NCBI GenBank assembly: GCA_964616925.1
Contig: CAZTTD010000002.1
Span: 810 to 64,809 of the forward strand
Length of the DNA: 64,000 nt
Direction: 5' to 3'
DNA from: an uncultured Actinomyces sp.
Lineage (GTDB): Bacteria; Actinomycetota; Actinomycetes; Actinomycetales; Actinomycetaceae
In this document: piece by piece, positions 46,540 to 56,010 of the stretch
Layout of the letters: every line of letters starts with the position of its first letter
Numbering within the stretch: the first letter of the stretch is position 1
The notes under the pieces: generated by a model
Database searches by the model: none
What the model saw: the letters and a program-made list of their open reading frames with translations, nothing else
What the model was told of the DNA's origin: nothing
Translations under genes and position numbers: made by a program

Positions 46540-48486
46540 GTGGACGCGTGGCTGGGAGCTTCCGCAGCCGTATGGTTCTGTACCATCGCATTCCCGACGA
46601 CAAGAGCTCGACGTACAGATTCTACGCGCCTGACCCCTTTGAACCTGCTGGTTCTGGGCACGGCATTGGCGTTGGCGATAGGTGCGATGCCCACTGCGCT
46701 GGCTGGCTCCACCAGCGGCGTCATTGGAACCATCGAAGCTATCCTCATGTCACTCTACGCTGCGATTCAAGCGTTCTCTTCCACCGCCAGTGCGACCGAC
46801 CTCCTTGAAGGGTTCCGCGGTGCGCAGGGATTGGGCAGCCAGCTCCTATATCTAATCACGGGATTAATCCACGTTTCTGCCCCGCTTCTCCTGATCGCTG
46901 CCGTCGTTTCGTTCTTCCAAACTCCCACCGCGACGGTCCGCTACTTCTGGCGTCGTAACCGGGATGCCTTCGTCTTCAGTGAGTTGAACGAGCAGTCGAT
47001 CGCGGTAGCAGAAAGCATTCGCGCATCCGACAAGAGATCGACGGTAGTTTTCACCGGTGTCGTACTGTCCACTCGTACCCCTTCCGCGGAGCTGATCGAC
47101 AGGGCGAAAGAGATTGGTGCAGTTTTCTTCAAGAGCAACATTCTGGCCGCTCCACTGCACCGTCGGAGCGAAAATGCGCGGATCCAGCTTTTCATCTTGG
47201 GAAACGACGAGGCCACAAATGCGTGGGTTGCGGTAGATGTCTTGGAGAAATCACGTCTGTCGGTGCGCGATCGAACCGATATGTATGTCTTTTCCACGAC
47301 GGTCGAGGGCGATCTGGCGTTCATGAGCCACGCCCTCGACACGAAGATTAGGGTCCGTCGCGTGAATCCCGCGCGAAACCTTGTCTACGGCTGGCTGTGG
47401 GGCGAGGGCGCGGATCTTTTCCGACCTCTGACTGCGGGTGCGACTGATTCAACAATCCGAGCCGCCATTATTGGTTTGGGTGCCCACGGCACCCAAATGC
47501 TGCGCGCACTCACCTGGTACTGCCGCATGGCTCTTCCGAACGGAGAGCGTGTTCACCTAGACCTAGAGGTTTTCGACAGGAGGCCGGACGCTGAGGATAG
47601 CCTCCGAGTGTCATTTCCAGGTCTGTTGCCAAGTCACTCCAGCCACAATCTGCACTCTGAAACCCAGATCACCGTGCATAGTGGCGTGCAAACTGTCACT
47701 GCTGCGCTACTTGATAGCCTGGCGGATCGGGGTGGCTTGGATTTCGTCTTCATAGCACTTGGAGATGACAGCGCGAACATACGGGTAGGTGTTGAGATTT
47801 TTCGGGAGTGCGTGCGGCGCGGCTGGCACCCTAGGATCCTCATCATGTCTAGGCACGCGTTGCGAATAGGAGAGTCTTTAGCAAAGCTCGAAGAAGAGGC
47901 AGCTGAGAGAGCCGGAGACGTGCAGCTGCCCAGCGTGCAGCTAATAGGTGAGGTGAAAGAGCAGTTTAGCTACAACACGGTGGTCCAGTCCGATATGGAG
48001 TTGAACGGCTTGGTCTGCCACATGGCATGGGCATTGGACGGCCTGACGGGGGAGAACCTTCCTGCCACTGTGGAGAGCTTCTGGCAGTCGGAGTATATGT
48101 ATTCGTCTTCTGTCGCCGTTCCTATTCACTGGCGTGCTAGACGCAAGGTAGGCACCCCTGGGGTGCATAAGGCGGCATCTGAGCGCACCGATGAAGAGCG
48201 TGAAACCCTGCACGCACTGGAGCACGATCGCTGGTGCTCCTTCCTGCTCAGCGAAGGGTTCGTGCCGGGGAAGTTCGCTAATGCGCACCTGATACGAACC
48301 CATCCGCTACTTGTCCCACGTGAAGAACTGAGCGGCGCAGAGCTTTCCAAGGATGACAATGATTCGGCCGATACTTTGCCCAAGCTGGAGAGGCACCCCG
48401 CATGGATCGACGCCGCTGCCGGCGAAGGCCCACTGGCTGAGCTAATAGAGCAGGTGCGCCGTTCCGTCGCCCTCGACCAAAAATAA
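46540..48486 (+). CDS. membrane protein with Rossmann (RCK/TrkA-N-like) domains and C-terminal RyR-like domain
   Basis: Four N-terminal TMs. IIGLGAHGTQMLRAL is a GxGxxG fold. The C-terminal LEHDRWCSFLLSEGF...HPLLVPREELSGAELSKDDND fits the bacterial RyR-domain pattern (W..GW...HP.LVPY.EL...EK..D). GTG at 46540 is 5 nt after the previous stop; the maximal ORF begins at 46474. Confidence 0.6.
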   Translation: MDAWLGASAAVWFCTIAFPTTRARRTDSTRLTPLNLLVLGTALALAIGAMPTALAGSTSGVIGTIEAILMSLYAAIQAFSSTASATDLLEGFRGAQGLGSQLLYLITGLIHVSAPLLLIAAVVSFFQTPTATVRYFWRRNRDAFVFSELNEQSIAVAESIRASDKRSTVVFTGVVLSTRTPSAELIDRAKEIGAVFFKSNILAAPLHRRSENARIQLFILGNDEATNAWVAVDVLEKSRLSVRDRTDMYVFSTTVEGDLAFMSHALDTKIRVRRVNPARNLVYGWLWGEGADLFRPLTAGATDSTIRAAIIGLGAHGTQMLRALTWYCRMALPNGERVHLDLEVFDRRPDAEDSLRVSFPGLLPSHSSHNLHSETQITVHSGVQTVTAALLDSLADRGGLDFVFIALGDDSANIRVGVEIFRECVRRGWHPRILIMSRHALRIGESLAKLEEEAAERAGDVQLPSVQLIGEVKEQFSYNTVVQSDMELNGLVCHMAWALDGLTGENLPATVESFWQSEYMYSSSVAVPIHWRARRKVGTPGVHKAASERTDEERETLHALEHDRWCSFLLSEGFVPGKFANAHLIRTHPLLVPREELSGAELSKDDNDSADTLPKLERHPAWIDAAAGEGPLAELIEQVRRSVALDQK

Positions 48487-48978
48487 CGTTCCGTCCCTCT
48501 CGGCCAAAGCGACCGCGGTGCGGAGGTCGGTCCGGGTCATGTCCAGTATTCGCTCCTAAGTTCCCAGGCCCGGGCGCGTCGGGTCAACGCCAAAATATGC
48601 CCTCTTGGTCCACCGCGGTGACGACACCGCCGTGATCAGAACGCGTTGCCGCGACTGTCCACCCGTCAGTGGAGACGAAGCCTTTGGGCCAGCGTCTGGA
48701 GAGCGCATCGATGGCAATCCAGGACCTGCCGTCGGCGGGGGCTGCTCCATAAGCCCAAGTCTGGGATGCGTGCGCTGTGGTGTACAGCTTTGCGTGAGGC
48801 CTAGTTATGGTGCACTTCCGCTATTTCGTTGCGGTGTACTTGGGATCTCATATGCTCGGAAGTGGCTCGTTTCGGAGCCAAGCTCCGGGGCCAAGCTTCA
48901 GGACAAAGGTGACTGACGGCTTGCCACGTCTTCCGCTGACAGCGTGGGTGACGTGTGCTGGCCACGTAAGGGAGGGCC

Positions 48979-50190
48979 ATGACCGACCCCGACTACCCGC
49001 AGGATTCGGACTACGACCAGTTTCCGCAATGGTCCGATGAGCCTGCGCCGCCACCCCCGGGTTATGAGCAGCCCCCGGGTTACGGGCAGGTCCCAGATCA
49101 CGAGCGTGTCCCGGACTACGGGCAGATCCCAGATCACGCGCACGCCCCAGATCACGCGCACGCCCCCGGTTATGGTCAGACGCCAAACGCGACCGACGCG
49201 CCCCGCCCTCGTAAACGTCGGGCCCTTCCCTTCCTGATTGGAGGGCTGGCGCTCCTGATCATCGCGTCTCTTGGAGGTGGATTCGCGGGCGGATGGTTCG
49301 TGAAGGACAGCATGCAGGCGGCCACCTTGAGTCCCACACAGGAGGTCATCGTGGTGGAGACCTCCGGCCCACAGTCTGGCGATGACTTGGAACTGGCGCC
49401 CGACCTGCGTGGGATGTCCCTAATGGTGGCCAAGCAGGTGTTGGCCGATATTGGCTTCCCCGTGTTTTCTCTGGAGGTCACCTCAACGCCCTGGGCTGGT
49501 CAAGAGGGGCTGGTTGTCGGTCAGGACCCCGTGGGCGGAGAAGTCTTGGGATCTTCAATGACGCTTCTTGTCTCCGAAGGCGCCAAGACACCCGACGTGG
49601 TGGGGGAGACCCGCGCGGTCGCGGTTACCGCCGTGCAGGAGTTCGGTGCGGAAGCTGTCATCACGGAGATCTACCAGTTTGACGTGCCAACCGGAACGGT
49701 CCTTTCCCAGAGTCCAGAGCCGGGTGAGGCCTTGCCTGAACAGGTGAACCTGACGGTGGCTCAGGCCGGCTCGTCCGTGTTCCTGTACAAACTGCCCACC
49801 GCCGACAGTTCGGGGTACTGCTACACGCGTGATGTCAGTTTGAATGGGAGTCTTTACAGCGACGCCCTCGAATGTAGGGCCTCCTCAGATGAGGGGTCCA
49901 CGGTTGCCTGGGTACTAGGGCGCCACGCGTCATACTTCACGGCGACCGTGGGTGTGTCGGATGCGGGGAAGGCGGACTCCAGCGCGACGGTTACCGTGCT
50001 TGCCGACGGCGTCGCCGTGCAGACCGTGAGTGTTTCATATGGTCAGACGACCTCTTTGGGGGTTGATGTCGAGGGCGTCCTGCGACTGGAGATCCGCTTC
50101 GTTAGCGACCAGCGCACCGACGTCTATCTAGCCGACGCCCTGATCAAGGGGACGGACGATCAGATGGATTTGCTGGTGGAGGACTCGTGA
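48979..50190 (+). CDS. single-pass membrane protein: Pro-rich cytoplasmic tail, TM, two PASTA domains, C-terminal NPCBM-like domain
   Basis: AAGGGAGGG lies before the ATG. There are two PD(L/V)(R/V)G...(V/L)...G-type PASTA repeats. The C-terminus (VFLYKL...W.LGR....F.A.VGV.D...A....V.V.ADG........G....L.V.V.GV..L.L) resembles NPCBM. Confidence 0.7.
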   Translation: MTDPDYPQDSDYDQFPQWSDEPAPPPPGYEQPPGYGQVPDHERVPDYGQIPDHAHAPDHAHAPGYGQTPNATDAPRPRKRRALPFLIGGLALLIIASLGGGFAGGWFVKDSMQAATLSPTQEVIVVETSGPQSGDDLELAPDLRGMSLMVAKQVLADIGFPVFSLEVTSTPWAGQEGLVVGQDPVGGEVLGSSMTLLVSEGAKTPDVVGETRAVAVTAVQEFGAEAVITEIYQFDVPTGTVLSQSPEPGEALPEQVNLTVAQAGSSVFLYKLPTADSSGYCYTRDVSLNGSLYSDALECRASSDEGSTVAWVLGRHASYFTATVGVSDAGKADSSATVTVLADGVAVQTVSVSYGQTTSLGVDVEGVLRLEIRFVSDQRTDVYLADALIKGTDDQMDLLVEDS

Positions 50191-52709
50191 TGCGCGGGTT
50201 CTCTGCCTCTTCGGGAGGTGCTAACCGATCATCTGGGGCGCGTGCGGCCCGACGCGCGGTTGCTTTCTTGGTCGCCGTGATTGCAACCTTTGCCGTGACG
50301 TTTTCTCCGCTCATTGCTCAGGCTGATCCGGATCCGGATAGCCAAAACTGGGGAGGGACACCCAATACTTCCGGTCCCAAGATTGCGCCCCTAGTAGTCA
50401 TTTTCGACACTTCTGGTTCTATGGATGCCGAGGACGCGGGCGGGACACGGAAGATTGACGCTGCGAAGCATTCAATCAACCAGCTGTTGAGAAGCTGGAG
50501 CACCAATGGCAGACATCCTTTGGGATTGTGGACGTATCCGGGAGGCGACTCTTCATGTTCGCCCGGCGGATGGGTTCCGGAAATGAAACCGGAGCAAAAT
50601 CCTGACGCGACAACACTTTCTGCTCAAATCGACCTCCTGGAGCCTCATGGCGACACCCCGACCGCGGAAGCATTGGAGGCGGTTGTCGATAGCTTGAAAG
50701 CGCAAGGTTACACTTCCGCGACCCTGCTGCTTGTATCGGATGGCGAGTCGACGTGTGCGCCCCCGTGCGACGTCGCCAAAAGTATTGCTGCCAGCGGCTT
50801 TGACATACAGATCCCGACAGCCGGATTCGAAATATCAGATTCCGGAGAAGAGGAGCTGAAGTGCATTGCCAGCGCCACGAACGCGCACTACACAAGGGTT
50901 GACAACGCGGAACAACTGGGCGATTTGTTGGATGAGTACCAAGCGAGTGAGCTTGAGTTGCAGGTGCAAGCCCCCGAAGTGATTCGTTCGGGCGGAAACG
51001 CGATTATCACCGCGACCATCACGAACCCATCCAAGGACACGATGCTTGAGGTGAAAGCCAATCTCTTCATGGAGCACGGCATGTCCAGGGAGATCTTCCA
51101 GTCCATCGTCGCTCCCCAACGGTACTTAGGCGCTTTGGGCCCAGGTCAGAGTACGCAGGTGTCGTGGATCGCCACCGGTGGTATTGGCAAGAGCGGACTT
51201 GCGGACTGGACAGTCCTTGTCGGGGCTCCCGGGGAAGGTGCGGTTCTGGAGAGCGGAACAATAGAAGTCAGAGACAGCGCGCTAGGACTGGCCCAAGCGG
51301 GTGGTGTATTGCGCGGGGTGACCGGTCCGATCGTCGTTCTTGGTGACTCCTTTTCCTCCGGCGAGGGCGCCAAGGACTACCTAGAGCAGGGGGACGTGGC
51401 CTGCCACCGGACGCAGAATGCATACGGTGGAGTTCTGGCGGGCGGCAAAGCGGAGATAATCGCATGTTCCGGCGCCGTGTCACCCCATATCACCAGCAAT
51501 AGTCAGTACAAAAACACGCCACCTCAGTTGAAGAGCCTGAAGGATCTGTCTTTGAAGGAGAGGCCAAGCGCCGTCTTCTTGACCACGGGTGGGAACGACA
51601 TCCATTTCGCGAATATCGTCAAACTCTGTCTCGTAGGTCCTGAGAATTGTTTCTTAGGCAACCGTTTTAGGGAAAGAGTTCTGATAAATGCAGCCGCTCA
51701 AAAGACGGATTTGGAGAACGTATACGTCGAAATCGCGCACAGCCTAGACGTTCTTTTCCCAGGGAAAACACCGATCCCACTGATCGTTTCGCCATATCCC
51801 AACCTACTGTGGGACGCGAAGAGAGGAACCTGCCTGAACAATGCGGCGCTGAACTTTTCGGCAGAGGAACTCCGCTTCGGTCACAAGGTACTGGAAACCC
51901 TCAACAACTCCATTGAAGGCGCGGTGGTGGGAGCGAGGGCGAAAGGCTGGCCCGTCTACTACGCCGACACGGTCGTGGACTTCGCGCAGCCAAATCACAC
52001 TCTATGTGCCACTGAGAAGGAGTCGTACTTCAACATCCCGACGGGCTCGGCCATGTTTAAGGGGTTCAGTTGGGCGTATCCGGATGAGAGCTTAACGGAG
52101 CTGGCGCATCCCAACGCGCAAGGCCATGAGGCGTGGTCACAGGCATTGGTCCAGTGGTCCCTAACGGGCGGTGCGGCGCCAATGACGGAGTCGGAACTAA
52201 CCCGGCAAGCCCCACCTAACAAAAACTGGTTGCTTCAGAAGCTCTCCGCTGCATTTCGTCCGACAATTTTAGCCGTACAGGGGACTCTTGACGCGCTTGC
52301 GGACTTGGACGGAGAGGTCTCCGACGGGGTGCAACTACTCTCAGCAAGGGCGGGGGACGCGGTGGACTTCTACATTGAGAACGTCCTCCCTGACTCACTG
52401 GTGACTGTCCGACTTCATTCCACCCCTAGGACCATAGGATCCCTGATCGCAGATGAAAACGGAGTTGCCACCGGAGAGGTCCAGCTGCCTCTGGATATCG
52501 ACTCCGGTGTGCACACGTTGGCATTGGACGGGATGGATTCCGACGGTTCATACGCCGTCCTCGACCTGCCCGTGACCGTGAAGGCGGCAATTCCAGTCTG
52601 GATGGTCGTCGGCGGCGCAGTGAGTGTGGTGGCGCTGGTGACCGGCGTGGTCCTCCTGACCATTGGGGTCGTTCGGCGGTCGCGGTCTAAATCAGCCCGA
52701 GCTTCTTGA
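50187..52709 (+). CDS. secreted, C-terminally anchored vWA-domain plus SGNH/GDSL-hydrolase protein
   Basis: Signal peptide. vWA MIDAS motif VVIFDTSGSMD with LLVSDGEST. SGNH blocks VVLGDSFSSGEG, TTGGNDI and AHPNAQGH. An Ig-like segment and a C-terminal TM with RRSRSK follow. The start overlaps the previous gene's stop. Confidence 0.8.
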   Translation: MMRGFSASSGGANRSSGARAARRAVAFLVAVIATFAVTFSPLIAQADPDPDSQNWGGTPNTSGPKIAPLVVIFDTSGSMDAEDAGGTRKIDAAKHSINQLLRSWSTNGRHPLGLWTYPGGDSSCSPGGWVPEMKPEQNPDATTLSAQIDLLEPHGDTPTAEALEAVVDSLKAQGYTSATLLLVSDGESTCAPPCDVAKSIAASGFDIQIPTAGFEISDSGEEELKCIASATNAHYTRVDNAEQLGDLLDEYQASELELQVQAPEVIRSGGNAIITATITNPSKDTMLEVKANLFMEHGMSREIFQSIVAPQRYLGALGPGQSTQVSWIATGGIGKSGLADWTVLVGAPGEGAVLESGTIEVRDSALGLAQAGGVLRGVTGPIVVLGDSFSSGEGAKDYLEQGDVACHRTQNAYGGVLAGGKAEIIACSGAVSPHITSNSQYKNTPPQLKSLKDLSLKERPSAVFLTTGGNDIHFANIVKLCLVGPENCFLGNRFRERVLINAAAQKTDLENVYVEIAHSLDVLFPGKTPIPLIVSPYPNLLWDAKRGTCLNNAALNFSAEELRFGHKVLETLNNSIEGAVVGARAKGWPVYYADTVVDFAQPNHTLCATEKESYFNIPTGSAMFKGFSWAYPDESLTELAHPNAQGHEAWSQALVQWSLTGGAAPMTESELTRQAPPNKNWLLQKLSAAFRPTILAVQGTLDALADLDGEVSDGVQLLSARAGDAVDFYIENVLPDSLVTVRLHSTPRTIGSLIADENGVATGEVQLPLDIDSGVHTLALDGMDSDGSYAVLDLPVTVKAAIPVWMVVGGAVSVVALVTGVVLLTIGVVRRSRSKSARAS

Positions 52710-53520
52710 ATGCGTTGGCCAGACCGTCCTCGTCAATATGATCGGTGACTAGGTCTGCGCGCTCTTTCAGGACGTCCTCGCCATTACCCATAGCAACGCC
52801 CGTCCCGACCAGTTCGATCAGTTCAATGTCGGGAGCGGCGTCGCCGAACGCGATCATGGTGTCGGTATCAGCGCTAAGGTGTTCCGCCAGTGCGTTGACG
52901 CCGACCGCCTTGTGGATGCCGATTTGGCCGAACTCCCCAAACTCCTGCTTGTTACCGGACGCCGTCCAGGTGGAGATCCGCGCCTTGCCTTCGAAGAGCT
53001 CCTGGAGCGCCTCAAGGTCAACATCCTTATGCATGGGGAAGCTGATCTTATTGACGTCGTCGTGTCCGCGCGTGGTGTCGTACACGGCGCCTGCCATCGC
53101 CTCATCCCAGACTTCGCGGATGTTCGCGTTGTCGGCACCAACGGCCAAGACGGTCTTGTCGGCAAGGTCGTCACTGGCGAAAAGTCCGGAGTTGCACTCT
53201 AGGTAGAATGCAAAACCTTCTGATTCAAGCCATTCGATTGCGCGCTCCACCGTTTCTTGGTCCATGACCTGGCGGTGGACAACCTCTCCGTCATGCTCTA
53301 CATAGGAGCCGTTCCCCAGGATCAGGCCATCGATTCCCAGGTCCCATAGGAAGTCGTAAATCTCCGCTTTGGCGCGGCCGGTGCACAGGTAGATTTCGTG
53401 CCCGTGGGCGCGTGCTTGCGCAATTGCTTCCTTCGCCGAGTCCGGAATCTGCAGGTTGTAGTTGACTACAGTTCCGTCGATGTCGAGCAAAATAGCGGTG
53501 GGCTCGCGAAGTTCGGACAT
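52687..53520 (-). CDS. Cof-type HAD-IIB family hydrolase
   Basis: LLDIDGTV, CTGR and FGDAAPDIELI motifs. Starts at the ATG at 53518-53520. The 3' end overlaps the convergent vWA gene by 23 nt. Confidence 0.85.
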   Translation of the reverse strand: MSELREPTAILLDIDGTVVNYNLQIPDSAKEAIAQARAHGHEIYLCTGRAKAEIYDFLWDLGIDGLILGNGSYVEHDGEVVHRQVMDQETVERAIEWLESEGFAFYLECNSGLFASDDLADKTVLAVGADNANIREVWDEAMAGAVYDTTRGHDDVNKISFPMHKDVDLEALQELFEGKARISTWTASGNKQEFGEFGQIGIHKAVGVNALAEHLSADTDTMIAFGDAAPDIELIELVGTGVAMGNGEDVLKERADLVTDHIDEDGLANAFKKLGLI

Positions 53521-53688
53521 GGTTGGTCTCCGTTCTGGGGCTCTTCGCCCTCGAACATACCTTTTCACAAAACGTGACGTTTGGGGATTGGCAGACGTGG
53601 AGTCATGGTTGCGGGTGTGAAAGGGCTCTCCCTCCGATAAGTTGTATAGCGGGTGGAGGGGTATCTATACTCAACTCGTAGCAAAAAG

Positions 53689-53761
53689 GCGCCCGTGGCT
53701 CAATGGATAGAGCATCTGACTACGGATCAGAAGGTTGGGGGTTCGAGTCCCTTCGGGCGCG
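53689..53761 (+). tRNA. tRNA-Arg (anticodon ACG), genomically encoded CCA follows (53762-53764)
   Basis: Acceptor GCGCCCG/CGGGCGC. D-arm GCTC-AATGGATA-GAGC. Anticodon arm TCTGA-CTACGGA-TCAGA. T-loop TTCGAGT. Confidence 0.9.
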
Positions 53762-53766
53762 CCAAT

Positions 53767-53807
53767 GTCCCTGCTGGTGAGACCCACCGGCGGGGACTTT
53801 GTCTTTT
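53767..53807 (+). terminator. intrinsic terminator after tRNA-Arg
   Basis: GTCCCTGC...GCGGGGAC stem with an inner GGTG/CACC pair, followed by TTTGTCTTTT. Confidence 0.7.
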
Positions 53808-53926
53808 CCGCACAGATTGGGGCATGTGCGCTGGTATCGTCGAAGCATCAGCTCCGGCGAACCGAGAGCAGATGTGTGGTGTTTTCGCCGCGAACGAAGA
53901 AGTTTGAGAAACGGAGATCCGAAGGA

Positions 53927-55090
53927 ATGTCACCCCAAGACCCCCAGCCAAGCGGCGGTGAGGACGCGCTGCGCAACCAGGGACAAGAAACCCGGAAGAT
54001 GCCGCCGCCTCCCCCTCCGCCTTCCACCTCTCAGCAAACCCCCGGTGGGCTGCCACCGGCGCCGCAACCCGTGCATTCGGCGCCGACACAGCCACTGTCT
54101 TACGCGCCTCCGCCAAATATGCCGCCCGCGCAGTCGGGGATGCCGCCGGCACCTCAATCCCGTGCTCAGGTTCAGGCGGCCGCGCAGTCCGGTTACGCCC
54201 CTGCGCCGCACGGGCAGGTCGGCCACACTCCCGGGTCTCAGCCAGCGGGGGCCCATATGCCGCAAGGGGCGCCGCAGCCGGTTCAGCCATACCAGCCGTA
54301 CGGCCACCCTGGTGGTGCGCAGCAGCATCCGGGAATGCCATCCGGGCAACAGCAGGCTCCGTACCCCGGCGCGTACGGGCAGGGAGAATACCCGCAGCCC
54401 ACGCCGGTAACCGTTGCCGTTGTGGAAGAGATCGAGGTCGTGCCGGTCGATCACGTCAGCATCACCACTGGGTTCAACTATGCGTGGATGAAGTTCCGTC
54501 AGCACATGGGCGTGCTTGTCTTGGCGGCCTTGGCATACATGGGGATCCTGGCAGCCATCGTGCTTGTGGTATTCGCATTGTCTGGCGTTGCGGGACGTCA
54601 AAACTCCATGCCGCTGTTCTTCCTGATATTCCTTATCGGCACTGCCGCAGCCATCATGTATCCCGCATTCGCTCAGGCGAACTTCTTACGCGGTGTCCTG
54701 CGGATCATGCACGATGAACCGGTCCAGTTTGGTACGTTCTTCCGGTTTGACCACGTTGGGAAGATTCTGCTGGCTTGGCTGATCATCGGTTTGGCGGGCG
54801 GCCTTCTGAGCTTCACGTTTGTCGGTCCCGTGGTAGTCGCCATGTTCACCGTCTTCACCAACTGGTTGATCGTTGATAAGGATTACGCTCCGTGGCTTGC
54901 GATCCAAACGTCGCTAAAGCTGGTTTGGAACAACATTGCGACCGTCGTCGTGTTTTTCTTGGCTGCGTTTATCGCAAACTCGGTCGGGTCACTGTTCTTC
55001 GGTTTCGGTGTCTTGTTCGCAATCCCGGTTGTGCTCATTGCACAGGGGTGGCTCTACAAGGTCCTGATTGGAGATAAGGAGGCCCGGTAG
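53927..55090 (+). CDS. membrane protein with about 150-aa Pro/Gln-rich N-terminal region and polytopic C-terminal domain
   Basis: The ATG at 53927 follows the tRNA and its terminator; the longer ORF in the track would overlap the tRNA. The C-terminal half has 5-6 TMs (DUF975-like topology, low certainty). Confidence 0.65.
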   Translation: MSPQDPQPSGGEDALRNQGQETRKMPPPPPPPSTSQQTPGGLPPAPQPVHSAPTQPLSYAPPPNMPPAQSGMPPAPQSRAQVQAAAQSGYAPAPHGQVGHTPGSQPAGAHMPQGAPQPVQPYQPYGHPGGAQQHPGMPSGQQQAPYPGAYGQGEYPQPTPVTVAVVEEIEVVPVDHVSITTGFNYAWMKFRQHMGVLVLAALAYMGILAAIVLVVFALSGVAGRQNSMPLFFLIFLIGTAAAIMYPAFAQANFLRGVLRIMHDEPVQFGTFFRFDHVGKILLAWLIIGLAGGLLSFTFVGPVVVAMFTVFTNWLIVDKDYAPWLAIQTSLKLVWNNIATVVVFFLAAFIANSVGSLFFGFGVLFAIPVVLIAQGWLYKVLIGDKEAR

Positions 55091-55102
55091 CCCCCCGGTA
55101 TT

Positions 55103-55180
55103 GCAGCCGCTCGGAACCTTCGGGCACTGCAGCCGCCCGGAACCTTCGGGCACGGCAACCGCTCGGAACCTCCCGCCGCG
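55103..55180. repeat. 26-bp tandem repeat GCAGCCGC(T/C)CGGAACCTTCGGGCAC(T/G) x3
   Basis: Units at 55103, 55129 and 55155 (the third is degenerate). The array starts 13 nt after the upstream gene's stop. Confidence 0.85.
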
Positions 55181-55440
55181 GGCTTGCGCCAGCTGTAATG
55201 CGGCACCACTTGCACCGCAAAAGTCGGGCGTCCTCGCTGTTTTTGGCGAGGGCGCCCGCCAGCACTTTAAACGGTGCTTCTGAAGTGGCTTTTCTGAGCT
55301 GGCTCTTCTGAGATGGTTCTCCTGTCGCAGCTCTTCTGTCATGGAATGGGCTCTAGTGGGTGAATCTGGTGTGCGTCAGTGATCTGTCTAGGGCTGTCGC
55401 AGGTGCCAGTGGATGTCCTTTCCACCCCCTGTAGCGAGGC

Positions 55441-55526
55441 CTCAAATGTTAGATCGCCGTTATCGCTTAAGATCGCCGTTCTTGCATAGCCATAGCGACG
55501 ATCCAGGACGATAACGGCGATCTAAG
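55441..55526. repeat. palindromic repeat family B, copy 3
   Basis: CTCAAATGTTAGATCGCCGTTATCGCTTAAGATCGCCGTTCTTGCATAGCCATAGCGACGATCCAGGACGATAACGGCGATCTAAG. Confidence 0.8.
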
Positions 55527-55929
55527 CCTCACAGGGGTCAATCTAGGCCGGTCGCAGCCCTGAAACAAGCCGAAACAAACCAAAACGGGCCAAGACAAAC
55601 CAAAACGGGCCGGTGACGGCTTCTCACGGTCTCTTCGCAGCAGAGTCCGGGGTGCCAAGCAAGTGCTGCGCTGCAGCAAACAGGAAAACTCACAACATCC
55701 AGGAAAACAATGGGCGGCGACGGTGCGACAAGCAGGAAAACAAACAACATCCAGGAAAACAAGCACTGTTTTGAAACAACAAGCAGGCTCATCCGCAACA
55801 GACAGGGACCACAACAAACAGGACCAACAGGAACTCCGTGCCCGGAACGAAGAGGAAACGGTCGGGGGCGAGCGCCGAAGGGCTTCGGCCGGAGCAGCCG
55901 AAAAAGGAGTTCGTCCTAGTGCGGCATGG

Positions 55930-56010
55930 ACTATCGAAGGTTGTGGCTAACTATCGAAACTTGTTCCCGGGCACAACCTTCGGTACTTGGCCACAACCTT
56001 CGATAGTTTG
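55930..56010. repeat. inverted-repeat element family C, copy 2
   Basis: CTATCGAAGGTTGTGGCTAACTATCGAAACTTGTTCCCGGGCACAACCTTCGGTACTTGGCCACAACCTTCGATAGTTT. Collinear with 44576-44656. Confidence 0.8.

Noticed and set aside
45943-52709. Integrative genomic island at tRNA-Ser(GCU)
   Set aside because: There is no integrase or recombinase. By eye I found no direct repeat of the tRNA 3' end downstream. The over-represented host 8-mer is present at normal density. I kept it only as a loosely accessory-looking block.
53735-53926. N-terminal extension of the 451-aa ORF
   Set aside because: It overlaps tRNA-Arg and its terminator. The internal ATG at 53927 is the plausible start.
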